From positions 4,464,001 to 4,528,000 of the forward strand of contig AP024664.1 of assembly GCA_024346625.1 (NCBI GenBank): 64,000 bases of DNA, given 5' to 3'. Below are positions 34,009-44,515 of this stretch, piece after piece. The notes beneath the pieces were generated by a model, which saw only the letters and a list, made by a program, of their open reading frames with translations, ran no database searches and was not told the DNA's origin. The position numbers and the translations under genes are program-made. How positions within the stretch are numbered: the first letter of the stretch is position 1; every line of letters starts with the position of its first letter. Source of the DNA: Williopsis jadinii. Taxonomy: Eukaryota.

Positions 34009-34647
34009 ATGTCAGATCCCAGCAAAAGAGACGTTACAATCTCCAAAGCACTGAGCTACCTGCTCCGCCACGGGGCTGTTAAAGAAGGGTTGACCATCGA
34101 TTCCCTAGGATATGTCCCACTGAACCAAGTACTGGAACACAAGCGACTGAAGTCATTGAAAGCTACAGGACAAGATGTGGAACGTATAGTTGCAAATAAC
34201 GACAAAAAGAGATTCAATTTGATGACAGCAGACGACGGACGAGTACAGATCTGTGCTAACCAAGGCCACTCTCTTAAAAGTGTAGGTGACGACAACCTAC
34301 AGCTTGTTGGCACTGAGACAGTGCCATACCCTAAAGTGTTGATACATGGAACAACAAAACCAAAGGCCGAGCTTATTGTGAAGACAGGTGGCTTGTCCAA
34401 GATGAATAGAAACCACGTGCACTTTACAGACCTTGAGAACACTGTGGGTAAACAGGTGAGTGGAATCCGTGGGTTCAGTACCGTCCTGATCTACATCGAC
34501 ATCGACAAGTTCAAAAAGAGTGGGCTGCATCTGTACAAGAGTCTCAACAACGTCTATCTCAGTCCAGGCAATGACCAAGGGATTGTACCAAGTGACCTGT
34601 TCCAAAAGATAGTCGATAGAAGCTCTGGAGAAGCCATATTACTGTAG
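34009..34647 (+). CDS. TPT1: tRNA 2'-phosphotransferase
   Basis: SKALSYLLRHGA, NDKKRF, ICANQGHS, HGT, MNRNHVHF, SLNNVYL. Confidence 0.95.
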   Translation: MSDPSKRDVTISKALSYLLRHGAVKEGLTIDSLGYVPLNQVLEHKRLKSLKATGQDVERIVANNDKKRFNLMTADDGRVQICANQGHSLKSVGDDNLQLVGTETVPYPKVLIHGTTKPKAELIVKTGGLSKMNRNHVHFTDLENTVGKQVSGIRGFSTVLIYIDIDKFKKSGLHLYKSLNNVYLSPGNDQGIVPSDLFQKIVDRSSGEAILL

Positions 34648-35243
34648 TGCCATACAGAGCCGGTTTGGTGATGATGGAAGTGCTCACAACACACCCGGAC
34701 ACCCACAGTGGTCAGCTTCATATCCATAGAGCTCATGACTTTACAGATGGATAGATGGGGATATTAGGCAAACCTCTATAAAATTCACTGGAATTGAACC
34801 CAAGTGTCACAATTACCATAAGGCAGTTAGATTACTACCGCGCGAGAACATCCATACACGGTGCTCATGGTACTTCTTGCAAGCAGTCGCAAGGCGTTGT
34901 GTCCAATGGCGTAGCACCAATTGGAGAAGAAAATAGCTGCAAAGCAGAGAGCCGGTAAAGGTGGTGGAAGCAATAGAAAACCTCGAATCACATATTGTAT
35001 ACACAACAGCTCATGTATTGATGAATGTCTAGGGTATATAGCCAGATCTGATTACATAATATGACGTAATCACCCTGCCGCCAGGAAACAACATCCGCAC
35101 ACCACTTTATCACCACCGGTGGTAAAATGCCCATGGCATTTTCTCCCTTTCCCTCTTTGTTTATTGTTTTGGCTGTTTTCTCTTCCTTCAGCCATATCTT
35201 GATGCTGTGAGGTTGTTTGTTGATTAGACAGAAGCACTTAGAG

Positions 35244-36578
35244 ATGGTTATTCGCCAGGAGCAGGAAACTCCGTTGATAGGAGCTGGGAACGAGTATAGC
35301 CAAAAACCCAACGGAGTAGAGATTGCTCGAGATGAACGTGGACATAATCCTAACGGGTTATTAGAGGCTCCAGAGCAGTTACACGGGCATCTACAGCCTT
35401 CAAGGAGTAAACTGTATGCTGTCATTGCACTGTTCGTCATTTCTCTTATCTCTTTTGTATCACAGACTGAGCTGACGAGTTATCTTTACAAGTCACTTGA
35501 TTTCAACCAGCCTGTTTTGCTTCTCGTTATGACCCACTCTTCATGGATACTCATATGGCCATTACAGGTGCTTTCGATCATGCTTTATAAGCATGTTAGA
35601 CGTTGTCGTAAGTTTGGATTGCACTATCTTGACTCTGTGCATATAAAGAGGAACTTTGCTGAGAGTTTCAAGAACCAGCACCGGAACATCTTCAAGACCT
35701 CCACGGTTTTGAAACCCACAGCACTGATAAGCCCAAGCTCTACAAAGGAATTCATCCAAAGCGAGCCGATCAAGTTCTTGACTGTGCGTGTCTTCATACT
35801 CTCGATCATATTGAACGTTGCTGGCTTAACCTGGTACGTTTCAATGCAATGGTCCCCTGCATCTGATATCACTGCAATATACAACTGCTCAGCGTTTACC
35901 GCGCTGGTATTTGCTATCCCTATTCTAAACGAAAAGTTCACCTATACAAAGCTGTTTTCAGTGCTGTTGGCAGTGTTTGGAGTGTTCTGTGTTGCCTTTG
36001 GAGGTGACGATGAGGATTCCCGAAAGGTGTTCCCTCAAAGAGTACTGGGTGACATCATAATCACATTTGGTGCAATCCTGTATGGGTTGTACGAAGTACT
36101 CTACAAGAGACTGATGTGTCCACCGGTGGATTCCGTTTCATCCAGGAGATTGATGTCTTTCAGCAATTTCTGTGCATCTTTAATTGGACTGGCAACGTTC
36201 TCCATTGGTTGGATCTTTATACTTGTTGCCGATATCACTGGAATCTCCAAGTTTAGATTCATAACATCGCTGTATTCGTTGTGGATTATTTGGCTCTCTG
36301 TGGTTTCCAATCTGGTATTTTCCCTCTCATTCCTTGGCCTGATGTCGTTGACGTCGCCTGTTTTATCCTCAGTCTCATCATTGGTTACCATACTGTTTGT
36401 TGGCCTCTTTGAGTGGCTGGTGTTTGGCGTTTCAATCAACCTTGGACAGCTACTCGGGAATTTACTGGTTGTTGTTGGCTTTGTTGTGTTAAGTTACTCG
36501 TACTGGAAGGAGATTACAGAGGAGGACGTTGACGATACCGAGGAGATCGACCCTACAGACATTGAAACCTTGACATAG
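35244..36578 (+). CDS. DMT/EamA (SLC35F-like) membrane transporter
   Basis: About 10 hydrophobic segments; TAIYNCSAFTALVFAIPILNEKF, GDII...LYGLYEVLYK. Confidence 0.8.
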   Translation: MVIRQEQETPLIGAGNEYSQKPNGVEIARDERGHNPNGLLEAPEQLHGHLQPSRSKLYAVIALFVISLISFVSQTELTSYLYKSLDFNQPVLLLVMTHSSWILIWPLQVLSIMLYKHVRRCRKFGLHYLDSVHIKRNFAESFKNQHRNIFKTSTVLKPTALISPSSTKEFIQSEPIKFLTVRVFILSIILNVAGLTWYVSMQWSPASDITAIYNCSAFTALVFAIPILNEKFTYTKLFSVLLAVFGVFCVAFGGDDEDSRKVFPQRVLGDIIITFGAILYGLYEVLYKRLMCPPVDSVSSRRLMSFSNFCASLIGLATFSIGWIFILVADITGISKFRFITSLYSLWIIWLSVVSNLVFSLSFLGLMSLTSPVLSSVSSLVTILFVGLFEWLVFGVSINLGQLLGNLLVVVGFVVLSYSYWKEITEEDVDDTEEIDPTDIETLT

Positions 36579-36608
36579 CTGAGCACCAAGTTGTGTTAGA
36601 GTGGTGCG

Positions 36609-36690
36609 TAGCTGTTTTGAACCGTGTATAGTTGTTTTGAACCGTGTATAGCTGTTCTTGACTATGTGTAGCTGTTTTCAGCTGTGTCTA
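36609..36690. repeat. ~20-bp tandem repeat x4 (TAGCTGTTTTGAACCGTGTA-like) 3' of the transporter gene
   Basis: Two near-identical and two degenerate copies. Confidence 0.75.
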
Positions 36691-37442
36691 CATGTACCTG
36701 CTAGCCCGTAAACACCAGACAACACAACAGAACGAACCTTGACAGGATGCTTGCGTCTTTGACCAGCGTTACCGAGCTGCGGACGCGTCATTCCTCTTTT
36801 TTTCATCTTCTGAGCCTCCAAATCGACGCGTCAGTGCAAGTAGTGGGCAAACTGTAAGCCGTGTTATACATCTACTAAACACGCTTTTAACAAGAACAAA
36901 GCAGAAGAAGCACACGTGTACGTGCCATATCACAACCGTCGAGACCCTCACAGAGAGAAACAGCTTACCAGGAGAAAGAACAAGAGCGCTTCACCGTCAG
37001 CCAAACGCGTCTGGGTGCCATCCGCTTCCACGCGTTTCGCGTCTCGCATTCCACACCACTTCCAGAACGTTCTGAAATCCGGAAATATCCCCTTCCTCCC
37101 CTGCGCGATCCTTTGGAAGGGGCACGCTAAAAAAAGAAACCGTTGATCGGAATTTTTTTGCAGCGTGCCTTTTGATGTTTTCCTTGTTGTTGTTGTTGTT
37201 TTCCTTCCACCATTCTTCTTCCCTTTTCCTCTCTCTCCAACCATTGAAAGGGGCCCGTGATTATTCTTTCTTTCTCTGTACGAGCCTGGTGAACGAGGAA
37301 CGCTACGAGGTCTGTCCAAGCTGCTTCCACTGCCTTCTTTCTCTGCTCTTTGAGTCGTCATCATTCCAACGTGAGACACAAATCTCCACTGGGTCATAAG
37401 TGAGGTATTCGAGCCCGCACAAGACGCTGAAGCTCGAGAGAA

Positions 37443-39989
37443 ATGTCCTTGTCCACATCCGCTACGAACTTTAGGGATGATGATTTCATCAACCCAGGGC
37501 CAGCGCCGAAGCCTCCGGCTTCGGCCAGTGCTGTGCTCTCCACCGCTACCGGTGGCTTGACGATATCGACGCCTTCCTCTTCGAAGATCATCAGGAGACA
37601 GGGATGGGTGCAGGTGAAAGACGAAGGCATCATGTCGTTCAGATGGCCCAAGAGGTACCTGGTGCTGAACGATTCAAATATGATTTTCTACAAAAACGAC
37701 TCCAAGGATGAGATCTGGCTGAAGATCTCGGTCACCTCCATCGTGAACCTCTCGAGAGTGCAATTGAGACCTTACTGCTTTGAACTGATCCGCTCCTCAG
37801 GTGGGAAGAAGTCGCTGTACATCTCCTTAAAGACTTTGAACGACTTGTACGGCTGGCTAGACGCAATATTCGCCAAATGTCCCCTTACAGGGACGGTGTC
37901 GAGTCCAACAAACTTCACTCATAAGGTCCATGTTGGGTTTGATCCCTCAAGTGGCAGCTTCACTGGCCTGCCTGAGAACTGGAAGAGACTATTGCAGCAT
38001 TCCCAGATTACCAATGAAGATTGGACAAAGGATCCAGTCGCAGTGATTGAAGTATTGGAGTTTTACCAGGATCAACAACGACAGTTGGCAAACTCAGAAG
38101 GTGAATTACAACATGATCAACAACAACAGCATCAACAGCATCAACTTCAGCGGGACCAGCAACAAGGCTTCCACTTGTCAAAGGGCTCAGAGTCTTCAAA
38201 CTCGTCAGGGTCAAGCTCAGATAATAGGGATGGAGGCTCAAGGTTGCTGACAGATTTGTCTAAGCCTTACACTCCCCAGAAACGTGATTCACCGCCAAAG
38301 GTGATGCCTTACTACACAACCTATAACTCCTCATCTTCCTTGAACAACAACAACAACAGTTCCACGTCGTTAAACAACCCAATTGTCCAACCTCATGATT
38401 TGCTTCCAACGAGAAGAGCTCCACCTCCTCCAAAACCTTCAGTACCTGTTCCAACACCTGTTTCAGTACCAAGCTCCCAAGTGACGAATATGAACAATGC
38501 ATTATTACACTCGGATTCATCGTTGAAGTTGAACCAGCAGAATACACAGGTACCAGAGCTGAAGTTGAATACTCCAGTGTCACAGGCTATACCGAATCCA
38601 TACATTGATTCCCCATCTGAGTCACCAACGAAAGGCCAATTCAATCTACAACCATCTCGTCACGCTCCAAGACCACCACCACAAGTTCAATCTCAGCAGC
38701 AGCGTCAACAGAGACAAATTCAACAACCACAGAGAGCTCCACCTCCACCACCACAAGTTCAATCTCAGCAGCAGCATCTAACATCACAACAGCAACATCC
38801 CTTCAATCAGCCTACAAAGCCATTACAACCCCAACACCACCCAGGTTATAAGCCTGTTCATAGACCTCCCCCACCACAGAATCAACCACTTCATAAACAC
38901 CAACATCAACAACGGCAACCACCACCTCAGCTGCAATCACAACAACAGCAGCAACAATCACAACAGAGGAAGCCTACTCAGAGTCCAGCACAAGCTGCTG
39001 CACAGGCTGCAGCTCAAGCAGCGCTGGATTCAACACCAAGTAAGCCTTCCAAATCGGTCAAGGACAGGAATGAAGAGCGCAGAATTGCTGCAATGCATGA
39101 GGCACAGAGCATGAAGAACCTCAAAGCAGTGGTTCGTAATGTTGATCCAGAGCCTTACTTTGAAATGATTGAAAAGGCCGGACAAGGTGCAAGTGGTGTT
39201 GTCTATTTAGCTAGATCTCTAAAGCGTGGAGGATTGAAGGTGGCTATCAAACAGATGGACTTGAACGCACAACCAAGAAAGGAATTGATTGTTAATGAGA
39301 TATTGGTGATGAAAGATTCTCAACATAAGAACATTGTCAACTTCTTGGAGGCCTTCTTAAAGAACTCTGAACTGTGGGTTGTCATGGAATTCATGGAAGG
39401 TGGTTCCTTAACAGATGTAATTGAAAATAACGACAATTGCCTAGAAGAGGATCAGATTGCAGCTATTTGTCAGGAAACTACAAAGGGATTGAAGTTCTTA
39501 CATAACAAGCACATTATCCACAGAGACATCAAATCTGATAACGTGTTGTTGGATTTGAAGGGTAACGTTAAGATCACAGATTTTGGATTCTGTGCTAAGC
39601 TCAGCCCTCATAAGAACAAAAGAGTCACCATGGTTGGAACTCCTTATTGGATGGCGCCTGAAGTCGTCAAGACAAAGGAATACGATGAGAAAGTTGACGT
39701 TTGGTCTTTGGGTATCATGACTATCGAGATGATTGAGGGAGAGCCACCATATCTCAACGAGGAGCCATTGAAAGCTCTGTTCTTAATTGCTACAAACGGT
39801 ACGCCAAAGTTGAAGAACCCAGAGAAACTCTCATTGAGCATAAAGAAATTCCTCAGCATTTGTCTATGTGTCGATGTCAAATATAGAGCTTCAACAGATG
39901 AATTGTTACAGCACGATTTCCTCAAGATGGCCTGTGGATCTGAGAGGCTGGCAAAGCTGTTACAATGGAAGACTACACCATCTGCTTGA
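37443..39989 (+). CDS. CLA4: PAK kinase with PH and CRIB domains
   Basis: N-terminal PH domain, VSSPTNFTHKVHVGFD CRIB, AGQGASG, HRDIKSDN, MVGTPYWMAPE. Confidence 0.93.
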   Translation: MSLSTSATNFRDDDFINPGPAPKPPASASAVLSTATGGLTISTPSSSKIIRRQGWVQVKDEGIMSFRWPKRYLVLNDSNMIFYKNDSKDEIWLKISVTSIVNLSRVQLRPYCFELIRSSGGKKSLYISLKTLNDLYGWLDAIFAKCPLTGTVSSPTNFTHKVHVGFDPSSGSFTGLPENWKRLLQHSQITNEDWTKDPVAVIEVLEFYQDQQRQLANSEGELQHDQQQQHQQHQLQRDQQQGFHLSKGSESSNSSGSSSDNRDGGSRLLTDLSKPYTPQKRDSPPKVMPYYTTYNSSSSLNNNNNSSTSLNNPIVQPHDLLPTRRAPPPPKPSVPVPTPVSVPSSQVTNMNNALLHSDSSLKLNQQNTQVPELKLNTPVSQAIPNPYIDSPSESPTKGQFNLQPSRHAPRPPPQVQSQQQRQQRQIQQPQRAPPPPPQVQSQQQHLTSQQQHPFNQPTKPLQPQHHPGYKPVHRPPPPQNQPLHKHQHQQRQPPPQLQSQQQQQQSQQRKPTQSPAQAAAQAAAQAALDSTPSKPSKSVKDRNEERRIAAMHEAQSMKNLKAVVRNVDPEPYFEMIEKAGQGASGVVYLARSLKRGGLKVAIKQMDLNAQPRKELIVNEILVMKDSQHKNIVNFLEAFLKNSELWVVMEFMEGGSLTDVIENNDNCLEEDQIAAICQETTKGLKFLHNKHIIHRDIKSDNVLLDLKGNVKITDFGFCAKLSPHKNKRVTMVGTPYWMAPEVVKTKEYDEKVDVWSLGIMTIEMIEGEPPYLNEEPLKALFLIATNGTPKLKNPEKLSLSIKKFLSICLCVDVKYRASTDELLQHDFLKMACGSERLAKLLQWKTTPSA

Positions 39990-40075
39990 TTGTCTATTTT
40001 CTTTCTTTTCAATTCGTTAAAGGTCATAATATATGTAATCGGAAACAATACTTCTGCTGTTAGTCTTATGCGTCG

Positions 40076-41080
40076 TCATATCTTCTCTTTTTGTTTCTTA
40101 TCGGATAATGTCATATCTTCTAACTCTTTTGATGCTCTAGACACCAATTTAACACTGCTTCTCTTGAAAAAATTTGCACTCACTGGACTTGTAGACACAG
40201 CCCTTCTCTTGAACTTGTTCAGCGTGGCAGACGCCATAGTTGGTGTCTTTGGCGTATCATCATTATATTCATTTGAATCGAAACTTCTCTTTTTCCTCTG
40301 GTCTACCTTTTCTTCATCCTTATCGCTTGATGTCTCGACTTGGAGGCCCATGATATGAGTCCCATTCTTCTTCATATTCCAACTCTCGTTCGCCTTCTTG
40401 ATTATGTCAAACTTCTTGTAACTCGAATTGTTCATCTCGATGGTCTTATCATTCTTCTTTGCCAAACTTGAGGTTAGATAGTGTTCTTCATCCTCCAAAT
40501 TCAATAATACGAGCTTCTCATGATTGATCTCATTCTCCAGCGGGACCCTTTCATACTGTAGCTCAGACGTTATCCTTCTAAAAGCCTTTAGCTGTGGTTT
40601 CAAGGATTGTCTACTGACAAGTCTCTTGAATATGGGTGTTGAAGGGGAAGCGTCATCCTCATTTTTCAGGCCGTGTCCATACCCTTGCTGACCAGGTTTC
40701 TCATTGCTCGGGGTCATAGCGATTCCCAGTTGGAAATGTTCTCTGAACAGTTCATTGGATCTTCTTGAAGACCAATGTCTCAGAGCCATATCGTCATCTT
40801 CATCCTCATCATCCGAACTATCAACACCGGACGACTCAACACAACTATGGACGGCGCTGGAAGGCCCATACCCGGTGTTACTCCCATTGACATACACACC
40901 GGCGTTATTCTGGTCGTCCATAACTGTCATCTCATAGAGTGAGCTTGATGAGGAACATGTATTTTGAATTGAAGGTCTCCTAGATAAGGTCATAGAGGGC
41001 GTATGAACCGTTGGAAAGACACTTGTTGGCAGCTGCTGCGGTGTCCTAGGCTCCCTGTACTCCTTTACGTCTTTCACCAT
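40076..41080 (-). CDS. Hypothetical low-complexity Ser-rich protein
   Basis: ATG-started 334-aa ORF containing RRPS, RQSLKP and KRRAVS basic-Ser motifs. Confidence 0.7.
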   Translation of the reverse strand: MVKDVKEYREPRTPQQLPTSVFPTVHTPSMTLSRRPSIQNTCSSSSSLYEMTVMDDQNNAGVYVNGSNTGYGPSSAVHSCVESSGVDSSDDEDEDDDMALRHWSSRRSNELFREHFQLGIAMTPSNEKPGQQGYGHGLKNEDDASPSTPIFKRLVSRQSLKPQLKAFRRITSELQYERVPLENEINHEKLVLLNLEDEEHYLTSSLAKKNDKTIEMNNSSYKKFDIIKKANESWNMKKNGTHIMGLQVETSSDKDEEKVDQRKKRSFDSNEYNDDTPKTPTMASATLNKFKRRAVSTSPVSANFFKRSSVKLVSRASKELEDMTLSDKKQKEKI

Positions 41081-41185
41081 CGCCTCACTTCCCGTCTACG
41101 CCTTCTTCCAGTGCTGTGAGCAATGGCTTCGCTGTGATGTTGTGGGTTCTCTGTGATGTTGTGTAGTTACAGTGGAGCGAGATTT

Positions 41186-41193
41186 CCCGGGTA
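41186..41193. promoter_or_regulatory. Reb1-type site CCGGGTAA
   Basis: Consensus match about 105 bp upstream of the 41080 ATG. Confidence 0.55.
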
Positions 41194-41211
41194 ACTTCAG
41201 TTGGTAGGCAC

Positions 41212-41289
41212 ACGACTACGACTACGACTACGACTACGACTACGACTACGACTACGACTACGACTACGACTACGACTACGACTACGACT
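41212..41289. repeat. Perfect hexanucleotide microsatellite (ACGACT)13
   Basis: Counted directly. Confidence 0.97.
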
Positions 41290-41308
41290 ATAACAACACT
41301 ATTGGACA

Positions 41309-42538
41309 TCACTTAGCAACACACTCCATATTTACACCATCTTGGTCATCTCTCCAGGTATAGCATTGTCTAAACAACCTGGCTACGATGGTGAGACATA
41401 AGAGCACTGGAACCTCAATCAAGGGCCCGAAAGTTGCAGCTATGGACTGCTTCGAGCCAGAGCCATAGACCGATATGGCTATTGCGAGACTCAGTTCGAA
41501 GTTGTTAGAAGCAGCCGTGAACGTTTGAGTTATCACTTCACCATAGTCAGCAGAGCACCACTTGGATTTGGCCCGTGTGTTATCCATGGCCAACGACTTT
41601 TCACACCCACATAGTAGAGATTCCGTCATTTCTGGATCATCAGCATTGTATCTTCTCTTCCTTCTGTATACATAGCTCGATAAGAATCTCATCAAGTAGA
41701 AAGTGCCAAACCATGTGATTGGGAAATACAGCACCAAAGGCACAAAACATTTGAACGCACTCCCAATCTCTCTAATGAAGTCATAACCTCTTTCGATAAA
41801 GATGACTATGATTGTATATACCAGAGCTATCAGAGACCATGGTGAAACAAATGGTATCAATCTCTTTTGGTATGTTGATTTACCCAGAACTAGCACACCT
41901 AAGAGTCTAACAAGTAGAGCAATTCCAAATGGAATCCCCAAGAACGCACCAACACTCTCCGCAACTTGGGAATAGGTCACTGTGCCTGATCTCTCAGTCC
42001 CACTGATCACATAGCAATAAAAGATTTGGAAGGGAGCATACAGCACTATTTGCATAATGCTGTTAACCACAACTATCAGACTGCACAAGGTGTTGTCACC
42101 ACCTGCCAGTTCATTCCACACCAACACCATGGCGATACAGCGTGCTAATCCTATCATGATTATCCCAATGCGGTACTCTTCTTCGTTGAATAGAACCATC
42201 CAGCTGAGTCCAAACATCACCAGGGGACAGACAACCCAGTTTAGCACCACGGAAATCAGCAGTTGTATATGCAGAGACCTGTCTTGGAGAAAGGTCTTGT
42301 GGATGCTTTCCCAAGGGACTTTGCAAAGAGGAGGGATCATCATCACAATAAGACCAACCGCAAGAGGAATACCAACGCCTGCTAGTTGGACATCAGAGTC
42401 AAACTTGTCACGTGCGCTCGGGACATAAACCGATATTAAGATACCAACCACAATACTGAGAATGATGATCAGTGTGAGAAGTCTATCAGTCCATGACAGC
42501 TCGCTGAGTACTGTCTTAAGCCTTTGGTTAATCTTCAT
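41309..42538 (-). CDS. ACR3: Arsenite efflux transporter Acr3/Arr3
   Basis: GLIVMMIPPLCKV, NWVVCP, GLARCIAMVLVWN, AASNNFELSLAIAI, FGPLIEVPVL. Confidence 0.93.
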   Translation of the reverse strand: MKINQRLKTVLSELSWTDRLLTLIIILSIVVGILISVYVPSARDKFDSDVQLAGVGIPLAVGLIVMMIPPLCKVPWESIHKTFLQDRSLHIQLLISVVLNWVVCPLVMFGLSWMVLFNEEEYRIGIIMIGLARCIAMVLVWNELAGGDNTLCSLIVVVNSIMQIVLYAPFQIFYCYVISGTERSGTVTYSQVAESVGAFLGIPFGIALLVRLLGVLVLGKSTYQKRLIPFVSPWSLIALVYTIIVIFIERGYDFIREIGSAFKCFVPLVLYFPITWFGTFYLMRFLSSYVYRRKRRYNADDPEMTESLLCGCEKSLAMDNTRAKSKWCSADYGEVITQTFTAASNNFELSLAIAISVYGSGSKQSIAATFGPLIEVPVLLCLTIVARLFRQCYTWRDDQDGVNMECVAK

Positions 42539-43003
42539 TCTTTTTCAAGGTTGATGGCGGTGACATGGGAGGAACAGTCAAACAACTAGGCAATTTTTTT
42601 TTACTGTGCTTCTCGTCAAATTACTTAATACTGGGCCATTTTGAGGCCAATGGTACACGTTGATGGTCGAATATTAGGCAAACTTCGTCTCAAACTGTAG
42701 ATCGTGTTCTTCCAATGGCATCTACAACTCCAGCCCAGTTCTCCAAGGGTTCGGGGCTTGGGGAATGGTCCGATAGCAGACGGTCGCCTTACCCGGTGTG
42801 CTAATGTGGTTCATATCAACCAACATTGGTTCATTGATACCACGCAAAATGCTTTAAAGTATGGACGAAAATGGTGGCACTGACGCTGAACCAGTATGAC
42901 GAGCATGTTCAAACACAACAGGGCTCCTTATATCGTCTATAAACTCATCAAGGTGGTTGTTCCGGAACAACTTGACCAATGTGCTTATGTGAGTAATTTA
43001 TCC

Positions 43004-43013
43004 AAAAAAAAAA
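43004..43013 (-). terminator. Pol III oligo-T terminator of the tRNA
   Basis: T10 run immediately 3' of the tRNA. Confidence 0.85.
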
Positions 43014-43014
43014 T

Positions 43015-43106
43015 CTTCCCCGCCAGGAGTCGAACCTGGAATCTTCTGGTTTCAGAAGTAACTACTGAATCGTAGCCAGACGCCGTGACCATTGGGCCAC
43101 GAGGAA
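43015..43106 (-). tRNA. tRNA-Arg(ACG) with 19-nt intron (43051-43069)
   Basis: TTCCTCGTGGCCCAATGGTCACGGCGTCTGGCT-ACG-A[intron]ACCAGAAGATTCCAGGTTCGACTCCTGGCGGGGAAG; A and B boxes present. Confidence 0.97.
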
Positions 43107-43531
43107 CAGATTTGAAAATCCGAGGTTTCAGATCGGCTTCAACGACAAGAGCAAGCAATCAAGTAATGACCAATGAAATCCAAAATACCCTCATGGCGAA
43201 GCGGGGTTGGAAGCACCTTAAAAGGTGTACGAAGAGCTGGTGAGAAAGAAGAAGAGAAAAGGGGTTTCGCACAACGAAGCTAAGTAATCGCAGCGTTAAT
43301 CTGAAGACCAAGTTTGCCTGAAGGAAACGTAAGCTCAGCATAAACCGCAGAGCCAGGACTCATACAACGAAGCCGGCAGAGAGAAGCCAACGTATAACCG
43401 TTACAAGGACAGAAGCCAGAACAGGGTGTTCGGGACTTTGTTGCATTTGATAACTGAAGAGAGAGAGCTCACACTTGATAGCTTCTCCAAGGGTTAGCTA
43501 GTACTGAGCGTAAGTTGACGAAGCTGAAGTA

Positions 43532-44515
43532 ATGACAGGTGTGTGCGATGTTGATTCCAGGGTCAGTGCCCTACCAACAAGGAAGCAGGAGGCGGCATTC
43601 GAAAAGATGATAGACTTACAACAAACTGGACCAGTTATCGAATACATTGAGCGTTTTGACTACTTGAGCGAGTTGGTGCATCCAGTATTTCAGAAGGAAG
43701 AGCGCTTGATACCGTTCTTCTTAAGGGGATTGCACAGAAGCATCCAGATGACGGTCAGGTTGCAGAAACCAGTGGACATTGCCGACTGTTATCGCCAGGC
43801 TCAGTGGGCAGCCAGTGTGATGGAACCGGAATACCGAAGAATGGAGCACAATTCACGTCAACAGAGAGCTAGACGTCAAGGCCAGGCTTCCCATGTTGCT
43901 GTAAAGTCACGTGGAGCCCAGGCTTCCCGTGTTGCTCCAGAGTCCCGTGGAGCCCACTACGAAGACAAGGTGGGCTTGTATACTATGACTGCCAGACCTC
44001 ACCACGAAGACAAGGCTTCCCATGTTGCTGTAAAGTCACGTGGAGCCCAGGCTTCCCGTGTTGCTCCAGAGTCTCGTGGAGACCACTACGAAGACAAGGT
44101 CGGCCTGTACACTATGACGGCAAGACCTCACTATGAAGACAAGGTTGGCCTGTACACTATGTCCGTCAGACCTCACTACGAAGACAAGGTGGGCCTGTAC
44201 ACTATGACTGCCAGACCTCACTACGAAGACAAGGCTTCCCATGTTGCTGTAAAGTCACGTGGAGCCCAGGCTTCCCGTGTTGCTCCAGAGTCCCGTGGAG
44301 ACCACTACGAAGACAAGGTGGGCTTGTATACTATGACCGTCAGACCTCACTACGAAGACAAGGTGGGCCTGTACACTATGACTACCAGACCTAACAAGTG
44401 TGCTAATAGAAGAACCTCTGCAGAGAAGAGAAAGGATTGTTACTTGTGTGGTGAGGTAGGCCATTTCAAACGAAACTGCCCACACGCAGGGGGAACTAAA
44501 GCACGAAGACCATAG
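43532..44515 (+). CDS. Ty3/gypsy Gag-like protein (capsid C-terminal part, repeat block, CCHC zinc knuckle)
   Basis: LQQTGPVIEYIERFDYL (major-homology-like region), FFLRGLHRSIQ, CYLCGEVGHFKRNC (CX2CX4HX4C). Confidence 0.85.
   Translation: MTGVCDVDSRVSALPTRKQEAAFEKMIDLQQTGPVIEYIERFDYLSELVHPVFQKEERLIPFFLRGLHRSIQMTVRLQKPVDIADCYRQAQWAASVMEPEYRRMEHNSRQQRARRQGQASHVAVKSRGAQASRVAPESRGAHYEDKVGLYTMTARPHHEDKASHVAVKSRGAQASRVAPESRGDHYEDKVGLYTMTARPHYEDKVGLYTMSVRPHYEDKVGLYTMTARPHYEDKASHVAVKSRGAQASRVAPESRGDHYEDKVGLYTMTVRPHYEDKVGLYTMTTRPNKCANRRTSAEKRKDCYLCGEVGHFKRNCPHAGGTKARRP
43886..44392 (+). repeat. Composite coding repeat: 84-bp unit A and 45-bp unit B in order A-B-A-B-B-B-A-B-B'
   Basis: A = ASHVAVKSRGAQASRVAPESRG(A/D)HYEDK; B = VGLYTM(T/S)(A/V)RPH(Y/H)EDK. 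Confidence 0.9.

Noticed and set aside
34009..34080. Alternative yeast genetic code (CUG=Ser)
   Set aside because: CTG encodes conserved leucines in TPT1 SKALSYLLRH, consistent with CUG=Leu.
41085..41312. Poly-Val ORF
   Set aside because: Artefact of the (ACGACT)13 microsatellite.
42540..43000. ACR2 arsenate reductase or ARR cluster partner upstream of ACR3
   Set aside because: No ORF of 60 aa or more and no rhodanese-like motif found.
43108..43531. 5' LTR and primer-binding site for the gag element
   Set aside because: No TG...CA repeat shared with 44516-44877, and no convincing match to a tRNA 3' end.
43886..44392. Repeat array as a CRISPR-like locus
   Set aside because: The units are in-frame coding repeats with no unique spacers, in a eukaryotic gag ORF.
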